Shown one piece after another: positions 9,979-19,245 of a DNA stretch of 29,133 bases (its first letter is position 1; each line of letters starts with the position of its first letter). The notes beneath the pieces are model-generated. The model saw only the letters and a program-made list of their open reading frames with translations. It made no database searches and was not told the DNA's origin. The position numbers were made by a program, and so were the translations under genes. The DNA comes from a virus (taxonomy: Duplodnaviria; Caudoviricetes): positions 1 to 29,133 of the IMG/VR virus record IMGVR_UViG_3300016667_000262; one strand, 5' to 3'.

Positions 9979-10833
9979 CTACTTTTTACTATTCTCTATC
10001 TGAGCTTTAAGTTTCAGATAAATATCTTGGTTTTTAGGAGATTCTAGGAATTCTACAGTTTCTTGTAAAGTTCTACCTATTTCATCACCACCTTTAAGAG
10101 CATAGCCACCTTTAACAGTTCTATCAAGTGCTTTTGCATCAATAGCTTTGCTAATAAATGCTTTAGTTCCAAAATGTTTATCTTCCATAACTTCAACAAA
10201 TCCTTTAATATTTGTATCAATTAATTTCTGAATTTCTGATTTTAAAAACTCAACATCACTATTTTTAACTATCCTATTAGTAACAAGTCTGATAACCATA
10301 CTCATTTCTTCAATAGAATCTTCAATCTTACCAAAATACTTATAAGCTTTCTTATTAATTTCAGTTTTAGTTATATTATCTTTAATAGTTTCATCTTCAT
10401 CTACTAAAGCAAACTTATATTCTCCACTCTCATATTTAGCATTCCAATTAGGAGCAATTCTTCTATCTCCTTTTAGTACTAAATACTCTAAGTATTGAAG
10501 TGGGTCACTTAGATCTAAAGTCTTGCCTTCCTTATTCAACTTAACTCTAAATGTAGCCCAAAAACCATTCTTTTTATAAAAAGACATATTACCTGGTTCA
10601 AGATTAAGAGCATCTTCAAATGCTTTTCTCTCAAATTCATTTAGTATGGCTTTGTATCTGGTAGTACCTGGTTCAGGTCTTAGGTCTGTAGACCATACTG
10701 TATCAGTGTACATAAACTCTCCGTCATGTCCTTTAGGAAAGTTACCATTGTTTCTAATAATTGGTTTTACTAAAATTTTTTTGTTTCTTAAAATACTGTC
10801 AATTGTGACAGGTTCTTTTTCTACTATCCCCAT
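9979..10833 (-). CDS. Conserved crAss-like protein encoded directly downstream of the MCP
   Basis: 284 aa (LDLSDPLQYLEYLVL...IAPNW...YKFALVDE); synteny with the crAss-like capsid module. Confidence 0.7.
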   Translation of the reverse strand: MGIVEKEPVTIDSILRNKKILVKPIIRNNGNFPKGHDGEFMYTDTVWSTDLRPEPGTTRYKAILNEFERKAFEDALNLEPGNMSFYKKNGFWATFRVKLNKEGKTLDLSDPLQYLEYLVLKGDRRIAPNWNAKYESGEYKFALVDEDETIKDNITKTEINKKAYKYFGKIEDSIEEMSMVIRLVTNRIVKNSDVEFLKSEIQKLIDTNIKGFVEVMEDKHFGTKAFISKAIDAKALDRTVKGGYALKGGDEIGRTLQETVEFLESPKNQDIYLKLKAQIENSKK

Positions 10834-10870
10834 AGTTTTTATATATAATTAATTTGTTTCATTTTTATAT

Positions 10871-10904
10871 AAATAAAGTAGAGTGGGTTTTACCCCACCC
10901 TACT
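10871..10904 (-). terminator. Intrinsic terminator after the MCP gene
   Basis: Minus strand AGTAGGGTGGG-GTAAAA-CCCACTCTACT-TTATTT, about 10 nt after the MCP stop. Confidence 0.8.
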
Positions 10905-10914
10905 AAATTTTAAA

Positions 10915-12402
10915 TTATAGATTAGGAATGAAACGAGCCAATCTCATTGGATTATGTACTTTAATACCAAGGGTACAAGCACGAACTACTTCATAACCAT
11001 CAACCTTAGATACAGTCATACCAGGTTTAGTACCACTATTAGATGGACTAAATGGATCACGCAATCCAGGGATATATTTGTAAACATCTTGAGAACCTTT
11101 TACAGTTACTTTTTGAATGTTTGGTTTACCTTGTGAAGTACCAAAGTCAAGAATTAAGTATTCATATGAACTTAAGATACCACCATCAGGATGTTGAATA
11201 GCACACAAACTAGGATCATCCAAGAAAGGAATATGCATCAATTCAATTTCAATACCATTGATAAATGAATACTTCTTGAATTGACCTCCATAGTGTAGGT
11301 TATTCATTGTACCAGCAATACGAATTTCTTCTCTTGAAGGTGCAAAAGTTACAGCCTTAGTTTCAACAGCTTTGTGGAACTGACGCATACCATATTCACC
11401 AGTACCCAGTACAAACCTACGTTGATCTTCAGGTAATTTACCAACAGACAAACTCATCAAGATTTCACTCAATACATCAATGTTAAAAGTTGTATAGTAG
11501 TGTACATTTGAAGGAGAAATTTGATCCAAAAGCCCGTAACCAGTTTTGATTTCATATCCTGAATCACCCTTCATGGTATAAGAACCTTGAGAGTTTTTCA
11601 AAGATTTTCCATACAACTGAGCCATAGACTTCATTCTCTTCCAAGATACCATAAAGTCATAGTCAAGTTTACCTAACCAGGTAGTATGACGTTTACCAGT
11701 AGCATCTACAAAGAAAAATCCAAGTGGAGCATTTTCTTTTTGATCAATCATATCACCAGGTACTAAGTACTCAGAACGCATAAATGAGCAACGATTTTGC
11801 ATTCTAAAAGGTGAACTGAAGTTCAATGAACTAGAACCACGCTGAGAAAGAGTTTGTTCAGCTAGAGCATACATTTTAACAAAACGTACACCATTAGCAA
11901 GTTCAGTAACAGGTACATACAAATTAGCATCACCAGATACTAATTGTACTTCATAGCACCAGTTAGCACCATTTGGCTTAGGATCAGACATTACACGCAT
12001 TTGGTAAGTTTCTTTTGCATAGCTAGCAGGAGCAATTACATCAGAATACTCAAAAATACGATCAGGAAATTCCAAGTAAAAACTTGAATTACCAATACCA
12101 GGAGTAGTACCTTGAGTAGTTAAAGCTACGTCAGTGTAATACTGAAGCATTGGGATGTTTTTGAAAGGTGATTGAGAGTTAAGCATCCACTCAAAGGGAG
12201 CATCTCTTTCAATTTCCATAGTTTCAAATTGCTCCATAAATCTATCGAAATCTAAACCTAAGTTTATATCGTAGATGTTACTGATCAATTCAGACACCAT
12301 GATAGGTTGTTCACCATACATAGCCCCGATGTGATTTTTTGTAGTTAAACCACTCCAATCCTTAGGGCTAAATTTCTGTAAAGGACTAATAATTTGACTC
12401 AT
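10915..12402 (-). CDS. Major capsid protein (crAss-like)
   Basis: 495 aa with WSGLTTKNHIG, FEWML, LGTGEYGMRQFH and GGQFKKY...NGIEI...PFLDD motifs typical of crAss-like MCPs. Follows an acidic scaffold-like gene and precedes a terminator. Confidence 0.92.
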   Translation of the reverse strand: MSQIISPLQKFSPKDWSGLTTKNHIGAMYGEQPIMVSELISNIYDINLGLDFDRFMEQFETMEIERDAPFEWMLNSQSPFKNIPMLQYYTDVALTTQGTTPGIGNSSFYLEFPDRIFEYSDVIAPASYAKETYQMRVMSDPKPNGANWCYEVQLVSGDANLYVPVTELANGVRFVKMYALAEQTLSQRGSSSLNFSSPFRMQNRCSFMRSEYLVPGDMIDQKENAPLGFFFVDATGKRHTTWLGKLDYDFMVSWKRMKSMAQLYGKSLKNSQGSYTMKGDSGYEIKTGYGLLDQISPSNVHYYTTFNIDVLSEILMSLSVGKLPEDQRRFVLGTGEYGMRQFHKAVETKAVTFAPSREEIRIAGTMNNLHYGGQFKKYSFINGIEIELMHIPFLDDPSLCAIQHPDGGILSSYEYLILDFGTSQGKPNIQKVTVKGSQDVYKYIPGLRDPFSPSNSGTKPGMTVSKVDGYEVVRACTLGIKVHNPMRLARFIPNL

Positions 12403-12436
12403 TAATTTTAAAATTTATATTGTTAAGGGTTAATGT

Positions 12437-13585
12437 TTATTTTTTAAATACTGTCTTTAAAGCATCAAGTACATTTGTATTTTCATCTGCACCTCTAGAA
12501 TTAGCACTAGACTTATTGATTCTTGATTTCAAATCTTCTTCTAGTTGTTTTTCTAGTTTATTTAATGCTTTAGTTTCACTCTTCTTAGTTATTAAATCAA
12601 ACCTAGGGTTTTCATCAAACAATCCTAACTTTGCATAATAATTAAGTTTTACCTCAAAACCGATAGGATCTTTTTCTCTAAGTAACATTACTTGTGAGTA
12701 ATTAACACCATCTTTTTGAGTTGCAGGTTTTGTAATCATGTTGAAAAGCTCTTTCTTAGCTTTATCATCAAGTTTAATACCTGGAATAATCTCTTTGGTT
12801 TCTTTTATAGTATCATTGAGATTATTAATAGTTTGTTCATAAGCAAGACGTTGAGCTTCTTGTTCTTGTTTAGTTCTTTCTTTAAGTTCTTCTAACCTTT
12901 GACTTTCAAGTTCTTTAAGTTCACTTAAAGCTTCAACTGCTTCTTCTTCTAGTTCATCAAGTTCTAAAGATTTAGTAATCATTTTTTCAATCTTAGACTC
13001 ACTGAAACCTTTATTATAATAATAGTTTCTAACTAGATTTTTTTGCAATTCAAGGTCTTCAGTTAAAGATTCCTCATCAATTGAATTTAATCTGATTTGA
13101 TTAGAAGTAATATTAAGTAACTCATCAAAAGGTACTCCTTCTTCATAATTCTCAATAATAGTTGTAATCTCTTCAGGCAAACTATTTTTCCACTCTTTTA
13201 TTTCATTTTCAGCTGCTGTTTTAAAGTAGTTGAATAATGAATCTTTATCTTCAAATACTTCATCAACTATACCTTCTTCTTTAAGAAGTTCTGATAAAGT
13301 TTTGTAAATTGTTGAACCTTTATCTTCTTTACCAGGTTCTGTAGATTCTTCTGCTTCATCTGTAGATTCAACAGTAGATTCTTCGTCAGTAGTTTCTTCA
13401 GCTTGTCCAGCTAGATCAGCCTCTAGTTCATCTAGTGTAACAGCATCAGACTTGGGTTTCTCTGTAGTAGTTTCTTCCTCAACAGCAGGTGGTGTATTAT
13501 TACCTTCTAGTGAGTCAACACTTACAGAGTCTTGATTTAAAAGAAAGGACCCTAACCCTTCAAATAATTCATTTTTCTCGTTCAT
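12437..13585 (-). CDS. Acidic scaffold-like protein upstream of the MCP
   Basis: 382 aa with a very Glu-rich, probably disordered N-terminus and a coiled-coil core; conserved position in crAss-like phages. Confidence 0.75.
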   Translation of the reverse strand: MNEKNELFEGLGSFLLNQDSVSVDSLEGNNTPPAVEEETTTEKPKSDAVTLDELEADLAGQAEETTDEESTVESTDEAEESTEPGKEDKGSTIYKTLSELLKEEGIVDEVFEDKDSLFNYFKTAAENEIKEWKNSLPEEITTIIENYEEGVPFDELLNITSNQIRLNSIDEESLTEDLELQKNLVRNYYYNKGFSESKIEKMITKSLELDELEEEAVEALSELKELESQRLEELKERTKQEQEAQRLAYEQTINNLNDTIKETKEIIPGIKLDDKAKKELFNMITKPATQKDGVNYSQVMLLREKDPIGFEVKLNYYAKLGLFDENPRFDLITKKSETKALNKLEKQLEEDLKSRINKSSANSRGADENTNVLDALKTVFKK

Positions 13586-13663
13586 ATCAGTTAATATATT
13601 GGTTTATTTATGTTTTGTATAACAATTATTTATTTTATATTTTTGTGCTAAATAGCTTAATAC

Positions 13664-13957
13664 TTAGTTTTTATTTTGTGAAGTTAAGAATTCATGCAAG
13701 CAATTGCCTAGTAAATCAACTAATTGCTCATCATCAGAGAGCTTATGATAGTTACATTTATCTAACCAAGCATGTATAATTTCATGGCAAGTAGTTTGAT
13801 TAATTATATCATCATTAAGAGGATATTTATCAGTATTTTCTTGTACAAGAATTCTATTTTCATTAGATAACCACATACCTAAACACTTCTTTTTGTATAA
13901 AGATTTACGACTTTCTATCTTAATAAGTTGTCCAAATATGTTGAAGTTAGTTATCAT
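13664..13957 (-). CDS. Small zincin-like metallopeptidase (HExxH)
   Basis: 97 aa; HEIIH at 13772-13786 with a downstream Glu (DDEQLV) as candidate third ligand. Confidence 0.75.
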   Translation of the reverse strand: MITNFNIFGQLIKIESRKSLYKKKCLGMWLSNENRILVQENTDKYPLNDDIINQTTCHEIIHAWLDKCNYHKLSDDEQLVDLLGNCLHEFLTSQNKN

Positions 13958-16641
13958 TATTTTTCATTTAATTTATCTGTAGCTACAGCTGCTCCTGCTA
14001 CAATAGGAGTTTTATTTAATAATGAACTAAGTCTTCTATGTGTTATAGGTGAATCTACATTTAAAAATCTAGCAAATCTATTACCTGGATTTTCTTTTAA
14101 AAATCTTTTAATTGTTTCAGAATTTATTTTACTATAAATATCACTTATATAACCTTTATTTTTCATTTCCATTTTAGTTTCTCTAAGAAAAGGTAATCTT
14201 TCATGATGTTCAGTTCCTTGAAAAAAATAATCAGCATCTTCATGCAACATATCTTTTGTTACAGGAGCAAGTAATTGTGCACTTTCTTTATCTAATGGAG
14301 TAGAATAAACAAGTGTTTCAGGAGCTTTTCTACGGTTAAGAGCTTCCATTACTTCATTATACTTTTTAACAGCTGGTGAATTAAAACCTCGTTGCATTCT
14401 ATGTCCTATTTCATGCGCCATAACAGATTCTACATCTAAATTATAACCTAGTTTTTTTAAATATTTTAATTGATCAAAATCAATATTAATTTGACGCGAA
14501 TCATCCCAACTTCCTGCATTTCTTATAGAAGAAACTTTAGTTTTATTTAATTGGTTTAAAAAAGATTTAGGATCTATTCCTTGATCACGTAATCTTTTCC
14601 ATCCTTCAGGATTATTAATTTGTTGTAAAAGTTTAAATTTAGTTGGTTCTAAATTTTTTATTTGATTTTTATATTTAATATTATAAATAGCATCATCAAT
14701 TTGATCAGCAGCAATTTTAGCAGTACGTTTAATAAAAGGTTTTGCTGAGTTTAATAAATATTTTGATGCTGGTAAACTAAATAATAAATTAGCGTAATCT
14801 AATGTTTTTCCTTTACCTTTTATTATATTATCACTTGATTCAATTAGACTTGGAATATTTGTAATAGCACCTAATGCTGGAGCAATAGTAGAACCATATA
14901 TCATACCTGGAGCATACATTAAAGGATTTTGATATGCTTCTTCAGTAGATTTTTGTATATATTGTTTTCTTAATTCAGGATTAGTAGCAAATCTTTCTTT
15001 TTGTGAAGCTTTACCATATTCTTTAGTACTCATTATTTGAGTTTCTTCAGGAACTTCAACTTTATTTTTAAGTTTAATTAATTCTCCTGTATTAGGATTG
15101 TAACCATGAGTACCAGCATATACTGATTTTTTAATTAATTCATTATATTGAGGATTTTCATGAATAACTGCTTTATTATCAAAATACTCTGGATTAGTTT
15201 GATATGTATAAACTTGATTATTATTTTGATCAATATTATCAGTTTCTCCACCTTCTTGATACTTTTCAACTAAACCACCTTTAGCTTTTTTATTTCTTTT
15301 TAATATAATATCTTTATTTTCTTGTTCACTTCTATTAACAGCTTCTTTAACTTGTTTAGGTAATTCTATATCAGAATAATTTACAAAAGGTATTATTTGA
15401 GAAAGTATACTTTTATTTAAATCAGCTCTATCACCTCTTTTAACTGCATCATATATACCATAAGCATCTTTTATAGAACTAAATGGTTCCATATGTTGTA
15501 AAATCCAATTGTTTGCATTAAACATTGGTTCAGATTCTCTTGGACTTTCACTTCTAAATATAGGTTTATCTTTTCTAAATCTAGTTGCTGTAGTACTTGG
15601 TTCAGCTACATACTTATCAGTTTTACCACCTATAGCATACTTTTCCATAGGGTTTTCTTTATGCCATTTCTTAGTAGCAGCAACACCTTGTGCTACAGTT
15701 TTAGCATTAGCTTTTTCAGTAAGATCAATAGTATCCCATTTACCTTTATCTTTAGTAGGATGGTTAACCATTATATGACCTTTCTTACCTTTACCCATAC
15801 CAGTAGGACTTTCTTTTTTATAAACAATATGCTTTTCACCATCAGTACTAAATGTTACTTTACCACCTTTAGATTTTTTAATTGGAATATTTGTAACTTT
15901 TTTATAACCTTCACTAGTAATATAATCTGCGTATTGATTAGGTATTTTAATTGCCTCATTATTAGGATTCATTATTTCAGGAAACATATAAGCTTGTCCT
16001 TTATCATCTTCTCCCCAAGACATTAAATGTGAATTTTTTTGACCAAATTGATCAGGATCAAATCTTGTAAACATATTAGATTCTGGATATTGTCCAACAG
16101 CATAAGCTCTTTTAACAAAATCTTTATCTTTATTTCTATTCATAATTACTTTAGAAATTAAATCACCTTCTAAAGTATTTGTTTTACCACCATCAGCAAA
16201 AGTTTTAGTAATACCAATACTAAAAGTATTATTACCTTTAACAGGTATTGGTAAACTAAAATTAATATTTGTATTTTTATTTTTACCTATATCTTTATTT
16301 AAATTTAAATAAGGGTATATTTTTTTACTTTGAGTATCTAACCAAGCTTCACCACCAATATTACCTCTATCTACATTCATGGTAGCATAATTCTCATCAC
16401 TACCCATATAATTTTTAATTATATTTGTAGAACCAGAAGTTTCTCCACCAAATTTGTATTTCTTAACATCACTATTAAAGTAATCAGTTCTACCACCAAA
16501 TTGATAGTTTTCTACTTCACTATTAAAATGTTTAACCATATCAGTATATCCCATATTAGGGTATACTTTTTTATAGTGTTTCCACAAGTTTTTTCTTTCT
16601 TCTGGAGGTAGATTATAGTAGTGCTTATTGTTTAATAACAT
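13957..16641 (-). CDS. Large modular protein with seven xxGG motifs and a C-terminal HExxH domain (putative virion cargo/polyprotein)
   Basis: 894 aa containing YQFGG, YKFGG, FADGG, KSKGG, YAIGG, KAKGG, YQEGG; HEIGH at 14401-14415; lies between portal and scaffold. Confidence 0.65.
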   Translation of the reverse strand: MLLNNKHYYNLPPEERKNLWKHYKKVYPNMGYTDMVKHFNSEVENYQFGGRTDYFNSDVKKYKFGGETSGSTNIIKNYMGSDENYATMNVDRGNIGGEAWLDTQSKKIYPYLNLNKDIGKNKNTNINFSLPIPVKGNNTFSIGITKTFADGGKTNTLEGDLISKVIMNRNKDKDFVKRAYAVGQYPESNMFTRFDPDQFGQKNSHLMSWGEDDKGQAYMFPEIMNPNNEAIKIPNQYADYITSEGYKKVTNIPIKKSKGGKVTFSTDGEKHIVYKKESPTGMGKGKKGHIMVNHPTKDKGKWDTIDLTEKANAKTVAQGVAATKKWHKENPMEKYAIGGKTDKYVAEPSTTATRFRKDKPIFRSESPRESEPMFNANNWILQHMEPFSSIKDAYGIYDAVKRGDRADLNKSILSQIIPFVNYSDIELPKQVKEAVNRSEQENKDIILKRNKKAKGGLVEKYQEGGETDNIDQNNNQVYTYQTNPEYFDNKAVIHENPQYNELIKKSVYAGTHGYNPNTGELIKLKNKVEVPEETQIMSTKEYGKASQKERFATNPELRKQYIQKSTEEAYQNPLMYAPGMIYGSTIAPALGAITNIPSLIESSDNIIKGKGKTLDYANLLFSLPASKYLLNSAKPFIKRTAKIAADQIDDAIYNIKYKNQIKNLEPTKFKLLQQINNPEGWKRLRDQGIDPKSFLNQLNKTKVSSIRNAGSWDDSRQINIDFDQLKYLKKLGYNLDVESVMAHEIGHRMQRGFNSPAVKKYNEVMEALNRRKAPETLVYSTPLDKESAQLLAPVTKDMLHEDADYFFQGTEHHERLPFLRETKMEMKNKGYISDIYSKINSETIKRFLKENPGNRFARFLNVDSPITHRRLSSLLNKTPIVAGAAVATDKLNEK

Positions 16642-16642
16642 T

Positions 16643-19213
16643 TTACTTTTTAGTTGAAGATTTAGCTTTAGATTTAGCTGCTTGTAGTTTTATTTTTTCA
16701 ATCTCTTTCTTAGCGTTAAGTTCTTCTTTCTTCATCTTAACATCAAGCTCTTTTAAGTATTCTTGATTTTTATTTTGTACTTCAATTTGCTCTAGTTTTT
16801 TATTCTCAATCTTCATCCTTTCTTCAAGTTCTTTACGCTTAAGATCAAGTTCTTTATCTTTAATCTCTTTAGCATGTCTAAGTTTTTCTTGCTCATTAAA
16901 TGCTTTTTGAGATATCTCTTGTTGTTTATATGCAAATTCTGCAGTCCTATCAATTAACTCTGGAGAAGATCCTTCATCCATAGCATAAGCCTGCATTTCA
17001 GCAATAGCAATCTTAGTCTGATTGTTTTGATCAATTTCATATTGTTTAAGTCTAAGTTTTTCCATCTCAACTTGAACTTTCTGGTTCTCAATAGCTTGTT
17101 GCTGTTGCATCTGCATTTGCTGTTGCTGTTGAGCTTGTTCTTGTGCTTCAGCTACAGATTTCTCAATCTTTCTTCTAATAGAAGCTAATGATTGATTACT
17201 ATAAATATCCATTAGTTGTAAGATATTAACCTGACCAGTCTGTAAGCCTATTTCTGTTGCTCTACGCAGCATTTCTATAGCTTGTCCATCTTCTACAGCA
17301 TCTCTAATAAATAAATCGTATTCTGATTCATTTACAAGCTCTCCATCAATCTGATATATCTTAGTAGTATAATCATCCTCTATATATTGGATATTCTTAT
17401 TACCATTACGTAAACAGTATTTAGCTGTTTCTAATAAATAAGTTAATACCCTAACTTTAGTATTGTCGTGTACTTTATAATACCACTCAGTAATATTACT
17501 ACTAGCTAGTTTATTTTCTTGTGTTACACCTAAACCTTGATCAGCTGAAGTATATTGTCCACGTCTTTGTGGAGTAATACCAGTTACTAGATCAAGTTCA
17601 TTCTTAATATATTGTAACATCTCAATATGTTGTTGAATATAGTTACCCATATCCAAATCTAACACAGCTTGATTACTAGACATATTACCAGCTAGTTTAC
17701 CAGTAGCTGCACCTTTTTTAGCTTCATTAAAACTATCAGTTACAGCTAATCCCATCTCCCTCATATAGTATAACCACTTATCAGGTTCCCAACCAGCAGG
17801 CATTTTAGCTAAATCTAAGTTAGCTACTTTACCAATATTCTTAGCAAAAGCTAATTGAGTTCTATGATAAATAACATTATATAAGTATTGATAAGACTTC
17901 ATAATGTCTAATAAGGATTGAGGTTGAGAACTATTAGTTTTGTAAATAGTACCAACATATCCACTAGCACATTTAGATAAGTTATTTAAAGTTCTAAACT
18001 GAACTGGTCTGGGTTGCATCTTAATATAGATTTCATTAGCAAGTTTAGTACCTTCCCACCACTCACCAATCCAAATCCATTTAATTGACTCTCCAGCTTC
18101 TTTATTTACTTTATAATCTTCATTAACATAAGTTTCTTGAGGTTGTCCTAACTCATCTATATAAGATAGTATACCTACCTTTCTAAGACTTCTCCATACA
18201 ACCTTAACACGTCTTACATTGTTTTGTGAATCAAATGCAAGATAACTATTAGCAGATACGTTTACTTGGTTAATATTAATACTATTAGTAAAACCAAAAG
18301 GTATTGCAAAGGTAGGATCTTGTAACTCATAGTTAACAGGTCCACCATAAGTACCTTTAGCTTTATACATAGTACGTTCACCTAACCAATCTATTTCAGA
18401 TGGTTTAAGGTATTCATAGTAATCATCTATAATCTTACTAACAGGAACATAATCTTCTTCAATAATAATATCACAATCCTCTACTCTATTAGAGTTAGGA
18501 GGTAGTAAGAAATAAGTATTTAATGGATTACATTTATAAACAACAGGCTCGTTGTTCTCTACATCTATTCTATAAATCTCCTCAGCACAAATTAAACTAT
18601 CTTCAAACCCTCTCATAAAGGCTTCGGTTAGTTGATTCTTTTGAGTATAATATTTTAATAACCTAGTACCAGCAATTTCTCTAACATCTTGCCACTCAAA
18701 GGTCATGTATTGTTTCTTTTGTCTAAGTCTTTTCTCAACCTCAGCTTCAAAAGCTGCTTTAGCTTCCTCAGTTTGTTCTTGAGGTTGCTCTAAACCTTCA
18801 AGTAATATTTGTTCAATTAATTGTTGGTAAGATTGTATTTGAGCTTTCTCTTTTTCACTAATAGCATCCTCATTATTAACTTTAAGATGGTAATCAAACC
18901 TTCTTTTAATCTCCTCACCTACTAAAGTCTTAATATAAGGGTTAATAATAGAGTGATTTAAAGGTCTTGCAGGAAAATGTACATCTTTTAATCCTAATGG
19001 ATTCATAATAAGTTCCATATCACTTGGATGGAGCTTACCTGCATATAAATCGTAGTTAACCAGCTTAGCGTACCTAGAATTTCTTGTATATTGGTTTTGA
19101 TTCAATATTAAAGTTTCAGCAGCATCTACATTTTGCTTACGCCATTCCTCATTTTTAGATGATTCAGGCAATTTCTGGTTAGGAAAAGTAATATTTAAGT
19201 TGAATTTATTCAT
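16643..19213 (-). CDS. Portal protein
   Basis: 856 aa directly after the terminase, with FPNQKLP, LVGEEIKR, WIGEWWEGTK and GITPQRRG motifs and a long C-terminal coiled coil. Confidence 0.92.
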   Translation of the reverse strand: MNKFNLNITFPNQKLPESSKNEEWRKQNVDAAETLILNQNQYTRNSRYAKLVNYDLYAGKLHPSDMELIMNPLGLKDVHFPARPLNHSIINPYIKTLVGEEIKRRFDYHLKVNNEDAISEKEKAQIQSYQQLIEQILLEGLEQPQEQTEEAKAAFEAEVEKRLRQKKQYMTFEWQDVREIAGTRLLKYYTQKNQLTEAFMRGFEDSLICAEEIYRIDVENNEPVVYKCNPLNTYFLLPPNSNRVEDCDIIIEEDYVPVSKIIDDYYEYLKPSEIDWLGERTMYKAKGTYGGPVNYELQDPTFAIPFGFTNSININQVNVSANSYLAFDSQNNVRRVKVVWRSLRKVGILSYIDELGQPQETYVNEDYKVNKEAGESIKWIWIGEWWEGTKLANEIYIKMQPRPVQFRTLNNLSKCASGYVGTIYKTNSSQPQSLLDIMKSYQYLYNVIYHRTQLAFAKNIGKVANLDLAKMPAGWEPDKWLYYMREMGLAVTDSFNEAKKGAATGKLAGNMSSNQAVLDLDMGNYIQQHIEMLQYIKNELDLVTGITPQRRGQYTSADQGLGVTQENKLASSNITEWYYKVHDNTKVRVLTYLLETAKYCLRNGNKNIQYIEDDYTTKIYQIDGELVNESEYDLFIRDAVEDGQAIEMLRRATEIGLQTGQVNILQLMDIYSNQSLASIRRKIEKSVAEAQEQAQQQQQMQMQQQQAIENQKVQVEMEKLRLKQYEIDQNNQTKIAIAEMQAYAMDEGSSPELIDRTAEFAYKQQEISQKAFNEQEKLRHAKEIKDKELDLKRKELEERMKIENKKLEQIEVQNKNQEYLKELDVKMKKEELNAKKEIEKIKLQAAKSKAKSSTKK

Positions 19214-19245
19214 AGGAAAAATTATAATGTATTACTTATATATTG

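Noticed and set aside
5792-16026. Plus-strand ORFs 5792-5977, 7510-7716, 8743-8979, 10646-10852, 10954-11136, 12420-12638, 13489-13779, 13928-14137, 15509-15778 and 15661-16026
   Set aside because: Antisense shadows of long, well-supported minus-strand genes, with no recognisable motifs.
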